Shown piece after piece: positions 9,437 through 18,678 of a DNA stretch of 64,000 nucleotides. A program made the position numbers and the translations under genes. The stretch is from an uncultured Bacteroidota bacterium (GTDB lineage: Bacteria > Bacteroidota > Bacteroidia > Bacteroidales > GCA-2748055). How positions within the stretch are numbered: position 1 is the stretch's first letter; the number at the start of each line of letters is the position of its first letter. The stretch lies in contig CAWCAK010000002.1 of assembly GCA_963793455.1 (NCBI GenBank), positions 245,308 through 309,307 of the forward strand, in the 5' to 3' direction. The notes under the pieces are model-generated. The model was given only the letters and a program-made list of their open reading frames with translations. It was not told the DNA's origin and ran no database searches.

Positions 9437-11368
9437 CTATTTTACTTCTTCGAAATCCACATCGGTCACCTCCCCGTCATCTCCTTTTCCCCCGGGGGCA
9501 TCCTGGGCAGGTTCACCGCTTGCTCCCTCTGCCGGGCCTCCGGCATCACCGGTTGCTCCGTCTGCCTGTTGTGCATTATAGATGTCCTGGGATGCAGCCT
9601 GCCAGGCTGTATTCAGGGCTTCCATGGCCTGGTCGATGGCAGCCAGGTCCTCAGCCTTGTGGGCCTCTTTAAGCTGGTTCAGCGCCTCTTCAATGGGCGC
9701 TTTCTTTTCGGCGGGAATTTTTTCGCCGAATTCTTTCAGTTGCTTCTCTGACTGGAATACCAGGCTGTCGGCATTGTTCAGCTTTTCGATCCTTTCCTTG
9801 GCAGTTTTGTCGGCCTCTTCATTCTCCTGGGCCTCTTTCTTCATCCTTTCAATTTCATCATCGGAAAGTCCCGATGAGGCCTCAATACGGATGCTCTGTT
9901 CTTTGCCTGTTCCTTTGTCCCTTGCAGAGACATTCAGGATCCCGTTGGCATCAATATCAAAGGTAACCTCGATCTGTGGCAAGCCACGGGGTGAAGGCGG
10001 AATCCCGTCCAGGTGGAACCTGCCAATGGTCTTGTTGTCCTTTGCCATGGCACGCTCTCCCTGCAACACATGGATCTCCACCGATGGCTGGTTGTCAGCC
10101 GCCGTGGTGAAGGTTTGTGTCTTCTTGGTGGGGATGGTGGTATTGGATTCAATGAGTTTGGTGTTCACGCTTCCCATGGTCTCGATGCCCAGTGAAAGCG
10201 GGGTTACATCCAGAAGGAGGACGTCTTTTACCTCTCCTGTGAGCACACCACCCTGGATGGCAGCACCCACCGCTACGACTTCATCGGGATTAACACCTTT
10301 GGAGGGGGTTTTACCGAAGAAATCTTCAACCACTTTCTGGATGGCCGGGATGCGGGTGGAACCTCCCACCAGGATCACCTCATTGATTTCATTGGCGCTG
10401 AGTCCCGAATCCTTCAGAGCCTTTTTGCAAGGTCCGATGGTGGCCTGGATCAGCTTGTCGGCAAGACTTTCAAATTTGGCACGGGTCAGGCTCTTCACAA
10501 GGTGTTTGGGCACCCCGTCTACCGGCATGATGTATGGCAGGTTGATCTCGGTCTGCGTGGCGCTGGAAAGCTCGATCTTGGCTTTTTCTGCTGCCTCCTT
10601 CAGGCGCTGGAGTGCCATGGGATCCTTTTTCAGGTCAAGCCCTGTATCTGCCTTGAATTCTTCGGCAAGCCAGTCGATGATCACCTGGTCGAAATCATCC
10701 CCTCCAAGGTGGGTGTCACCGTTGGTGGACTTCACCTCAAATACACCATCACCCAGTTCCAGGATGGAGATATCAAAGGTTCCACCTCCCAGGTCAAATA
10801 CGGCAATCTTCAGGTCCGATGTCTTCTTGTCAAGCCCGTATGCCAGTGAGGCAGCTGTTGGCTCGTTGATGATCCTTTTGACCTTCAGGCCTGCGATCTC
10901 CCCGGCCTCTTTGGTGGCCTGGCGCTGTGAATCACTGAAATAGGCGGGAACGGTAATTACCGCATCCGTAACCTCATGCCCCAGGTAGTCCTCGGCAGTT
11001 TTCTTCATTTTCTGAAGCACCATGGCTGATATCTCCTGGGGAGAATATTTCCGGTCATCGATCTGAACACGCGGGGTGTTGTTTTCCCCCTTCACCACTT
11101 TGTACGGAACCCTCGCGATCTCCTTGGTCATCCTGTCAAAGGTTTCACCCATGAAACGCTTGATGGAAGACACGGTCTTGGTGGGATTGGTAATGGCCTG
11201 CCTTTTGGCCGGATCACCCACTTTTCTTTCACCATTCTCAACAAATGCTACCATAGAGGGGGTGGTGCGTTTTCCTTCACTGTTGGGGATCACAACCGGT
11301 TCATTTCCTTCCATGACAGCAACACATGAATTGGTGGTTCCCAGGTCTATTCCGATAATCTTACTCAT
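9437..11368 (-). CDS. dnaK: molecular chaperone DnaK (Hsp70)
   Basis: 643 aa with [21 protein letters not shown] and [11 protein letters not shown] motifs and an acidic C-terminal tail. Confidence 0.97.
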   Translation of the reverse strand: MSKIIGIDLGTTNSCVAVMEGNEPVVIPNSEGKRTTPSMVAFVENGERKVGDPAKRQAITNPTKTVSSIKRFMGETFDRMTKEIARVPYKVVKGENNTPRVQIDDRKYSPQEISAMVLQKMKKTAEDYLGHEVTDAVITVPAYFSDSQRQATKEAGEIAGLKVKRIINEPTAASLAYGLDKKTSDLKIAVFDLGGGTFDISILELGDGVFEVKSTNGDTHLGGDDFDQVIIDWLAEEFKADTGLDLKKDPMALQRLKEAAEKAKIELSSATQTEINLPYIMPVDGVPKHLVKSLTRAKFESLADKLIQATIGPCKKALKDSGLSANEINEVILVGGSTRIPAIQKVVEDFFGKTPSKGVNPDEVVAVGAAIQGGVLTGEVKDVLLLDVTPLSLGIETMGSVNTKLIESNTTIPTKKTQTFTTAADNQPSVEIHVLQGERAMAKDNKTIGRFHLDGIPPSPRGLPQIEVTFDIDANGILNVSARDKGTGKEQSIRIEASSGLSDDEIERMKKEAQENEEADKTAKERIEKLNNADSLVFQSEKQLKEFGEKIPAEKKAPIEEALNQLKEAHKAEDLAAIDQAMEALNTAWQAASQDIYNAQQADGATGDAGGPAEGASGEPAQDAPGGKGDDGEVTDVDFEEVK

Positions 11369-11386
11369 AACTTCTATTTATGTTTT

Positions 11387-11442
11387 GACTTTACGACTCT
11401 ATGACTTTATGTCTTTACGACTTCATGACTATACGACTAACT
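11387..11442. repeat. tandem array, 8-bp period x7 (gactttac/gactctat/...), 19 nt upstream of the dnaK start codon
   Basis: Read directly: gactttac gactctat gactttat gtctttac gacttcat gactatac gactaact. Confidence 0.8.
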
Positions 11443-12093
11443 AAGATTATGCCAACCTGCAATTGCCATTTCTAATGGAAAAAATGGCATTAAAATCGTG
11501 GTTCTTCACCCAATTCCCTGTCAGGTTTACTGACAATTTGACTGCCAATAGGAAATTTATTTTAAACTTTGTGGGAAATGGGGAATAGATATTGGTTACT
11601 TAACTGATAAATATCATAACATCGTTTACATAACGATCGATTACGTTCTTTGAAATATTGTTTTTTCGTCAGCATCACCAAAGCAAGCGCGCAACCCGAC
11701 TCCTCCAAAAGAGGACGAGTTTGTTTTCAATGTCAGAAAGGCTCTGGCCGGCCATAACGCCAGGAGTGTAAAATGAAGACATTTTTATGGGGGGTATTCC
11801 GCTCAAGGTTGGTAGTATTACCGATTCGGTAATACATTTTCGTAGTACTACCAAGTGATACCGAGAACTGGGTGTAACCCCCGGATTTTACCACCACTTC
11901 GTATTTGCAATGCCTGTAGATTGAAAAACAATATGTCAATGAATTGCTGATATTTTGCCTTCCTTAGAAGGCGCGTCCCCCTAGGGGGGCATAACGACAT
12001 TTAATGAACTGCATCACGTTATAAGATTTGATATGCGTAAACGATCTGCTGATATTTTGCTTAATTAAAATCATGTAAACGGGCTGATATTAC

Positions 12094-12137
12094 AATAACC
12101 AATACCCAATAACCAATACCCACTAACCCATATACCC
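12094..12137. repeat. tandem array, 7-bp (14-bp) period, aataacc/aataccc x4 plus two degenerate units, abutting the panB ATG
   Basis: Read directly: aataacc aataccc aataacc aataccc actaaccc atataccc, then ATG at 12138. Confidence 0.7.
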
Positions 12138-12953
12138 ATGTCCCTTCACAGCAATGTTAAACGTGTTACCACCCATGTGCTTCATGCCATGAAGCTTAAA
12201 GGCGAAAAGATTGCCATGCTGACCGGCTACGATTATTCCTTCGCCCGGTTGCTGGACCAGGCCGGGATCGATGTGATCCTGGTGGGGGATTCTGCTTCCA
12301 ATGTGATGGCAGGATTTGAAACCACCCTGCCTATTACCCTGGATAACATGATCTATCATGCAGCTTCTGTAGTCAGGGCCACCAGCCGTGCACTGGTGGT
12401 GGTTGACCTGCCTTTCGGAACCTACCAGGGGAACTCCATGGGGGCGCTCGCCTCTGCCATACGGATCATGAAGGAGACCGGGGCCAGCGCCATCAAGCTG
12501 GAGGGGGGCGTGGAAATCGTTGAATCCGTGGAAAGGATACTCTCTGCCGGAATCCCTGTCATGGGACACCTGGGCCTGACCCCGCAGGCCATCCATAAAT
12601 TCGGCACCTACGTGGTACGGGCCACGGATAAAGAGGAGGCAGACAAACTGAAATCCGATGCGGAGATACTGGCAAAGACCGGTTGTTTTGCCATCGTACT
12701 TGAAAAGATACCGGCAAAACTGGCCGGCGAAGTCACCCGTGATATCAGTATCCCGACCATTGGTATCGGGGCTGGTCCCGAGGTGGATGGCCAGGTACTG
12801 GTACTGCATGATATGCTGGGGATCACCCAGGAGTTCTCCCCCAGGTTCTTGAGGAGGTACCACAACCTCCAGATGGAGATTAAAGGGGCTGTACAGAACT
12901 ACATTGAGGATGTACGGAGCAAGAGCTTTCCCAACGAAAAGGAACAGTATTAG
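12138..12953 (+). CDS. panB: 3-methyl-2-oxobutanoate hydroxymethyltransferase
   Basis: 271 aa with typical PanB sequence ([26 protein letters not shown]..., [15 protein letters not shown]). Confidence 0.93.
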   Translation: MSLHSNVKRVTTHVLHAMKLKGEKIAMLTGYDYSFARLLDQAGIDVILVGDSASNVMAGFETTLPITLDNMIYHAASVVRATSRALVVVDLPFGTYQGNSMGALASAIRIMKETGASAIKLEGGVEIVESVERILSAGIPVMGHLGLTPQAIHKFGTYVVRATDKEEADKLKSDAEILAKTGCFAIVLEKIPAKLAGEVTRDISIPTIGIGAGPEVDGQVLVLHDMLGITQEFSPRFLRRYHNLQMEIKGAVQNYIEDVRSKSFPNEKEQY

Positions 12954-13006
12954 TTGTAAAGTTTGTAAAGTTTGTAAAGTTTGTAAAGTTTGTAAAGTTT
13001 GTAAAG
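12954..13006. repeat. tandem array, 9-bp unit tttgtaaag x about 6, starting at the panB stop codon
   Basis: Read directly. In frame 2 it translates as (FVK)n and runs into the RluA-family coding sequence. Confidence 0.9.
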
Positions 13007-13057
13007 TCGAAAGCCATCAAACCACCAGTTCCCATTCTCTATGAAGACAACCATCTG

Positions 13058-13699
13058 ATGATCGTCAACAAGCGGGTATCGGATATTGTGCAGGGGGACC
13101 AGACCGGTGATCCGTCACTGGACTTGCTGCTGAAAGCGTTCATCAAGGCGAGGGATCACAAACCTGGTGATGTTTTCCTGGGGATTCCCCACCGGCTTGA
13201 CAGGCCGGTCAGCGGGGTGGTGGTTTATGCAAAGACCAGCAAGGCATTGAGCCGCATGGCCCAGTTGTTCAAGGAGAAGGAGGTGGAGAAGATCTACCAT
13301 GCCATTGTGGTCCAGGATCCCCCGCAGCAGGAGGGAGTCCTGGAGCATTACCTCACAAGGAACACGAAGCAGAACAAGTCCTATGTCCACAACCGGGAGG
13401 TCCCCGACTCCAAATGGGCCAGGCTCCGCTACAGCAAACTGGCCTCCTCGGACCACTACCACCTGCTTGAAGTACTCCTGGAGACCGGCAGGCATCACCA
13501 GATCCGTGCCCAGCTGGCAGCCATGGGCTGTGTGATCAAAGGGGACCGGAAATACGGGGCCAGGCGAACCAACAAGAACGGGGGGATCAGCCTGCATGCC
13601 AGGAGGATCTCTTTTATCCATCCGGTGAAAAAAGAGACGGTGGATGTAACTGCGCCCTATCCGAAAATGGATATTTTCCCGGTTTTCAAGGTCCGGTAG
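13058..13699 (+). CDS. RluA-family pseudouridine synthase (conserved N-terminus lies upstream of the first canonical start codon)
   Basis: Motifs HRLDRPVSGVVVYAK and HQIRAQLA. The conserved ...PILYEDNHLMIVNK begins at about 13030, upstream of the first ATG (13058). No ATG/GTG/TTG exists in that frame back to the stop at 12905-12907. Confidence 0.75.
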   Translation: MIVNKRVSDIVQGDQTGDPSLDLLLKAFIKARDHKPGDVFLGIPHRLDRPVSGVVVYAKTSKALSRMAQLFKEKEVEKIYHAIVVQDPPQQEGVLEHYLTRNTKQNKSYVHNREVPDSKWARLRYSKLASSDHYHLLEVLLETGRHHQIRAQLAAMGCVIKGDRKYGARRTNKNGGISLHARRISFIHPVKKETVDVTAPYPKMDIFPVFKVR

Positions 13700-14186
13700 C
13701 ACCGGGCCGGCTGCTTTTGAAGGTAAAAGGCAATGGAAGCAGGTCCACCGCACTGCGGAGCACCTGGATTCTTCTGGTGCCGTAAAGGATTACCTCGAGC
13801 GGTTGTTTTCCCCGTGCCTCCGTTTCAAACAACACCTGCCTGCAACCTCCACACGGGGTCACGGGCTGTTCCTGGAATATGCCTTCCTGCATGGCTGCAA
13901 TGGCTATTGCTGTAACCGGGACACCGGGATACCTGGATCCGGCATAGAAAATAGCCACGCGTTCGGCGCACAAACCTGACGGATAGGCTGCATTCTCCTG
14001 GTTATTACCGGTAATGATTTCGCCATTATCCAGTAGCACGGCGGCTCCCACATGGTATGATGAATAGGGGGCATACGCATTCCCGGCAGCTTCCATGGCC
14101 TTTTTCACCAGCATGACCTCTTGATCCGTTAATTCTTCCATCCGGTCATATTCGGCCACCCGGATGGTAAAGGCCCTTTGTTTCAT
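13686..14186 (-). CDS. cdd: cytidine deaminase
   Basis: 166 aa with zinc-binding motifs CAERVAIF and PCGGCRQVL. Convergent 14-nt overlap with the RluA-family gene. Confidence 0.85.
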   Translation of the reverse strand: MKQRAFTIRVAEYDRMEELTDQEVMLVKKAMEAAGNAYAPYSSYHVGAAVLLDNGEIITGNNQENAAYPSGLCAERVAIFYAGSRYPGVPVTAIAIAAMQEGIFQEQPVTPCGGCRQVLFETEARGKQPLEVILYGTRRIQVLRSAVDLLPLPFTFKSSRPGATGP

Positions 14187-14292
14187 TGCCTGCTCAGATT
14201 TGTTATAAAGGTACAGATATTAAGGCAAATGAGGGAAATTGTTATGAACCGCAATTTCATGGTGTTGCTTTGTTAACAACTCAGAAAGGGAG

Positions 14293-15351
14293 ATGAATTC
14301 CTTCATGCTATTTTTACCAGGACTGAATTTTAAAGCAGAAAGCAATGGCCGGAAAGAGATATTTGGCAAGCCTGGTGCTTATCCTGGTATTGCTGCCGTG
14401 GGTAATCGGGCAGCAAAAGAAGAGATGACAAGGGAGGCGTATATCAGGGCCTATTCTGAACTGGCTATGAAGGAGATGTTCAGGGTGGGCATCCCTGCAA
14501 GCATTACCCTGGCCCAGGGCTGTCTCGAATCCAATAACGGGAACAGCACCCTGGCCAGAAAGGGCAACAATCATTTCGGGATCAAATGCCATGAGTGGAC
14601 CGGGAAAAAGATCTACCATGATGATGATGCCAGGAATGAATGTTTCAGGTCCTACGTTTCGGCCTATGAGTCCTATATGGACCATTCCCAGTTCCTGACT
14701 ACCAAGCAGAGGTATGCATTCCTGTTTGAGCTCAAACCCCATGATTACAGGGGATGGGCCAAAGGGCTGAAAAAGGCAGGTTATGCCACTGCGTCCAACT
14801 ATGCCAAACTGCTTATCCAGATCATTGAGCAGAATGAATTGTTCCGTTATGACCTGCTGGTGCTGGAGGGAGGTATGGCCACGGGGACGGACACCACCAC
14901 ACAGCTGGCTCATCACGGGTACCATACTGCACGGAAAGTCATGCTGAACAACAAGATTGAGTATGTCCTGGTGGAACCTGGCGATACCCCTGAATCACTG
15001 AGGGAGGAGATGGACCTCTACCAGAATGAGATCTACAGGTACAACAACCTGTATAAAGGAGAGAGGCTGGTACCCGGCCAGGTGATCTACCTGCAGCCAA
15101 AACGGAGGAAAGCGGCCAGCGGGAATGAGGTCCACATGGTGAAAGAGGGCGAAACCATGTATGATATCTCGCAGATCTATGGCGTGAAGCTCAAGCACCT
15201 CTACCGCATGAACCTGATGCCCGAGGGTGCCCAGCCGCTTGAAGGTACGGAGATCAACCTTCGCAGGAAAAAACGCCAGGCTATTCTCAAACCGGAGCCC
15301 ATTCCCGAGGTTTTCGAGGAGGATGAGATGCAGTTCAGGTTTGAGGAATAA
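14293..15351 (+). CDS. glucosaminidase-domain (mannosyl-glycoprotein endo-beta-N-acetylglucosaminidase) protein with two LysM domains; signal peptide in another frame
   Basis: ITLAQGCLESNNGNSTLA...NHFGIKC glucosaminidase motif and two LysM modules. A signal peptide ORF (MAGKRYLASLVLILVLLPWVIGQQKKR, 14345-14428, frame 2) is separated from the mature domain (frame 1) by a 1-nt frame change near 14410-14428. Confidence 0.8.
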   Translation: MNSFMLFLPGLNFKAESNGRKEIFGKPGAYPGIAAVGNRAAKEEMTREAYIRAYSELAMKEMFRVGIPASITLAQGCLESNNGNSTLARKGNNHFGIKCHEWTGKKIYHDDDARNECFRSYVSAYESYMDHSQFLTTKQRYAFLFELKPHDYRGWAKGLKKAGYATASNYAKLLIQIIEQNELFRYDLLVLEGGMATGTDTTTQLAHHGYHTARKVMLNNKIEYVLVEPGDTPESLREEMDLYQNEIYRYNNLYKGERLVPGQVIYLQPKRRKAASGNEVHMVKEGETMYDISQIYGVKLKHLYRMNLMPEGAQPLEGTEINLRRKKRQAILKPEPIPEVFEEDEMQFRFEE

Positions 15352-15353
15352 AC

Positions 15354-15851
15354 CTAGGGTTCTTCAATGGCACTTACCTGCCCGTAATAGGAGATGGCCT
15401 GTTTATTCCGGCAATTGATGTGCAGGTTGCCATAGCCACTGTAGCCGGTTGTCAGGCTGACCTTGTAATGGTCATTGTTTCCGTCTATTTGGAAACTGAC
15501 CGTGATGGTCCTCTTTTTCTCATTCCTGGTGATATCCAGTTCCCCGGGTTCCCCGTCAAATTCAATGCCCCCATCCCCGCCAAAACTGGCCTGGTATGCC
15601 CTCCCAAAGTAGGGCAGGTCGGCTTTGTATACCCCGTCCGTGGCAGTCAAGGTGTAGATGGACGTGGGATGGATGGTCTTTCCCCCGGTTGGGTTGACTC
15701 ATTGCACCTGGAATTGGAAATGCTGGCTTTCAACCAGGGTGGCCATGTTCCGGAACTCTGCTTCTTTTTTCTCATTCTTCTGGGCCTGTACCGGGGTAAT
15801 TCCGGTGAACAGCAGGAGACAGGCGAAAAGGTTGATCATGGATGGATTCAT
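15354..15851 (-). pseudogene. DUF4251-like lipoprotein gene interrupted by an in-frame TGA
   Basis: ATG 15851 gives MNPSMINLFACLLLFTGITPVQAQKNEKKEAEFRNMATLVESQHFQFQVQ. An in-frame TGA follows (15699-15701), then VNPTGGKTIHPTSIYTLTATDGVYKADLPYFGRAY... to 15354. The family assignment is from memory of Bacteroides DUF4251 proteins. Confidence 0.6.
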
Positions 15852-15982
15852 AGGATCTGGTATTTTATGACTCCAAGTTAAAAAATTCCTGCTATTTAAT
15901 AATCCGGGTTGTTCAAAACGTGTTAATGTTTTTGACTGTCAAAACTTTACAATGGCCTGTAAGAATCTTAAATTTATATAAA

Positions 15983-16452
15983 ATGAGGATCATGGCCGAA
16001 ACCAACAGCATTTCCCTGAAGATGATCCTTCCCCCCGACGGAAGGCAGACCAGGATCGATTTTTTCGGAGAAAAGCCTGTAAGGAAAAGTACTTCCGAAT
16101 GGTGGCATGCTTTCTCTTCATGGTTCAAACACGAGATCCGAAACTGTCAGGGGCCAATCTGGAGTTTTATGCCCAGCAACTGGAAAAAGAGGGGTATTCC
16201 GAGAAATCCAGGAAAAGCTACCTCTTCATGATGAAGCGGTTCTTCCATCATTATGAACACCTGGAGCCCAAGGATATTACCATGGGGGAGATTGAGGATT
16301 ATAATTTTGAGTTTTTTGTATCGGGAAGGTATTCCAGGTCATACCAGCTGCAGTTCATCAATGCCATCAAGCTCTATTACCAGCTCACCGAAGGGGTTGA
16401 GCTTAACCTGAAACAACTCAGGAAAACCGGGATCGGAAGGAAGTCAAGTTGA
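15983..16452 (+). pseudogene. truncated, frameshifted tyrosine recombinase/integrase remnant (N-terminal and SAM-like domains only)
   Basis: MRIMAETNSISLKMILPPDGRQTRIDFFGE... (frame 2) continues in frame 1 as ...LEFYAQQLEKEGYSEKSRKSYLFMMKRFF...RYSRSYQLQFINAIKLYYQL. This pattern is typical of the phage-integrase SAM-like domain. No catalytic R..HxxR..Y domain follows. Confidence 0.6.
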
Positions 16453-17403
16453 TGCCTGCCAGAAAATCCCCGGATCTCCATCCTGCTTTTCCCCTCCATG
16501 TTGAACCGATTGGAAGTGTCAGATATCCCTCATTCACTGCGACTTTCAGGAATCTTTTTTCCGTCGGTAGATGATGGTGCCGTACAGGCTGGTATGGGAT
16601 GCCGGTTCAAATGTGGAATGAGTAGATCTTGCAGATGATCGCACCATTCCCCTCTTTTTCCAGGGTGGTGTAATGCGCCGGGATATGGGCTGAGTCCCCG
16701 GATCAGGTTAAACAGCTCCTTTCCGGGTCTGCTTCCAGTCAATCCGGCAATCTTCTTTTGATCTTAGGTGCTTTGTTAACGATTATGCCAGGTTTGATCC
16801 ATAATCCTGGGATCTGGCTTTCCAGTTGCCCTGGATGCCAACCGTTGTACGGTTTTCAGCACCAGTCCCGCCCCCATGACCATCAGCCTGTCATGCAGTT
16901 CGCCCGCATTTTCCCCTTCCCCGATCGCTGGTCTCTTCCTGCAGGAGGATATTGCCGGTATCGATCTGTGCATCGATCAGAAATGTGGTGACACCTGTCC
17001 TGGTTCCGCCGTTGATGATGACATGGTTGATGGGGGCAGCTCCCCGGTAATCGGGAAGCAGGGAAGCATGCAGGTTAAAGGTTCCCAGTGAGGGGAATGC
17101 GCCAGACCACCTCAGGGAGCATGCGGAAGGCAACCACCACCTGGAGGTGGGGGGCCAGTTTCCTTAACCGGTGCAATGAAATTCCGGATCTTTCAGATTA
17201 CCGGGCTGCAGACAGGCAGGTTCCTGGTCCAGGGCAAATTGTTTGACTGCGGAAAAGCGGATCTTTTTCCCCCGGCCTGCCGGTCTGTCAGGCGCTGTGA
17301 TCACCGCCACCACATTGCATCCCGCATCCAGCAGCTTTGACAGTGGAGCCACTGCGAAGTCCGGCGTGCCCATGTAAACGATCCGAAGGTGCTCAATGTC
17401 CAT
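16418..17403 (-). pseudogene. fmt: methionyl-tRNA formyltransferase, multiply frameshifted
   Basis: MDIEHLRIVYMGTPDFAVAPL...[81 protein letters not shown] and DFLAG are all present. They are spread over all three frames, with at least 5 frame changes. Confidence 0.8.
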
Positions 17404-17451
17404 GCTTGATGGGGATTCTCGTACTTTGCAATGTTGAGGAAATGTCCCATC

Positions 17452-18678
17452 TTATCCCGCTTGGTCTCCAGGTAGAACTGGTTGTGCTTGTTTGGTGGGA
17501 ACTTCCAGGTGGATGGTTTCAACGATCTTCATACCATACCCTTCCAGCCCTGCTTTCTTTACAGGATTGTTGGTGATCAGCCTGAGGTTCCTGATGCCCA
17601 GGGCATGCAGCATTCCGGCTCCCACCCCATAATCCCGTTCATCATCCTTGAATCCCAGTTCCACATTGGCTTCCACCGTATCCCGGCCCTGCTCCTGGAG
17701 CTTATAGGCTTTCATTTTGTTGTAGAGCCCGATTCCCCGTCCTTCCTGGTTCAGGTAAATGATCACACCTTTGCCCTCTTTCTGAACCATGCGCATGGCT
17801 TCATGCAGCTGGTCCCCGCAATCGCAGCGGTAGACTCCGAAAATATCACCGGTCACACAGGAGGAATGTACCCTCACCAATACAGGTTCTGTTTCATCCA
17901 GTTCCATTGATCAGTGCCACATGTTCCAGTCCGTTGGATTTTTGAATAAAGGGGATCAGGTTGAAATCTCCGTACTCTGTGGGAAGGTGTACCTTCGGTC
18001 CCTTTGAGGATGATGCTGTCGGTATTCAGCCTGTAATGCAATCAGGTCTTTGATGGAGATGATCTTCAGGTTGAATGGTCTGGCGATTTTCATCAGCTCG
18101 GGAAGGCGTGCCATGGTGCCATCCTCATTCATGATCTCCACCAGGACACCCCCGGGTTTCAGGTCGGCCAGCCTGGTCAGGTCCACTGCAGCTTCTGTAT
18201 GTCCGGCCCTTCTTAATACCCCCTGCCTTTTGGCTTTCAAGGGGAAAATATGCCCGGGTCTGGCCAGGTCATCGGGCCGGGTTACCGGATCCACCAGGGC
18301 CCTCAGCGTTTTTGCCCTGTCGGAAGCTGAAATGCCTGTGGTTGTTCCGTGACCCAGCAGATCGACAGATACTGTAAAGGCTGTTGTGTGACTGCTGGTG
18401 TTTGAGGTGACCATCATGGGCAGGTCCAGCTCGGTGCAACGCTCTTCGGTAAGGGCTGCACAGATCAGCCCCTTGCCATGGGTGGCCATGAAATTGACGG
18501 TTTCGGGGGTGATCAATTCAGCTGCTGCCACAAAATCGCCTTCATTCTCCCGGTCCTCATCATCCACGACGATGATGATCTTCCCGTTCCTGATCTCCTC
18601 CAGGGCCTCCTCAATGCTATTCAGCTTAATCCTGGTTTCTTCTTGTTGGTTGCCAGACATTGCTTTTAATACCTCCAA
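17452..18678 (-). pseudogene. ribBA: bifunctional DHBP synthase / GTP cyclohydrolase II, frameshifted in the inter-domain linker and near the 3' end
   Basis: The RibB part is intact ([20 protein letters not shown]) and so is the RibA part ([33 protein letters not shown]). Three successive +1 frame changes lie between about 18040 and 17905. The C-terminal ...[13 protein letters not shown] is in a different frame (17301-17522 ORF). Confidence 0.85.

Noticed and set aside
9582-10943. 453-aa plus-strand ORF, with several smaller ones, inside dnaK
   Set aside because: It is antisense to an unambiguous dnaK coding sequence. The translation is Ser/Ala/Pro-rich and low-complexity with no motifs. This is a typical shadow ORF of a moderately GC-rich gene.
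11733-11939. 68-aa minus-strand ORF in the dnaK-panB spacer
   Set aside because: It has no start context, no recognisable domain, and overlaps strong hairpins. It could be a relic of a beta-strand-rich protein, but I cannot support a gene call.
12954-13006. Possibility that the short-period arrays (here and at 11387, 12094, 25161, 32934) are CRISPR arrays
   Set aside because: The units are contiguous head-to-tail (7-18 nt) with no unique spacers and no cas genes in the window. They are micro/minisatellite-type tandem repeats.
15699-15701. Alternative genetic code or selenocysteine as an explanation for the in-frame TGA (and the TAG at 51746)
   Set aside because: TGA is used as the genuine stop of many well-delimited genes here, for example tetR, the MFP gene and the DUF1214-like gene, often in ATGA overlaps. 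TAG terminates dnaK, panB and the histidine kinase. I see no SECIS-like element downstream, so the standard code 11 fits.
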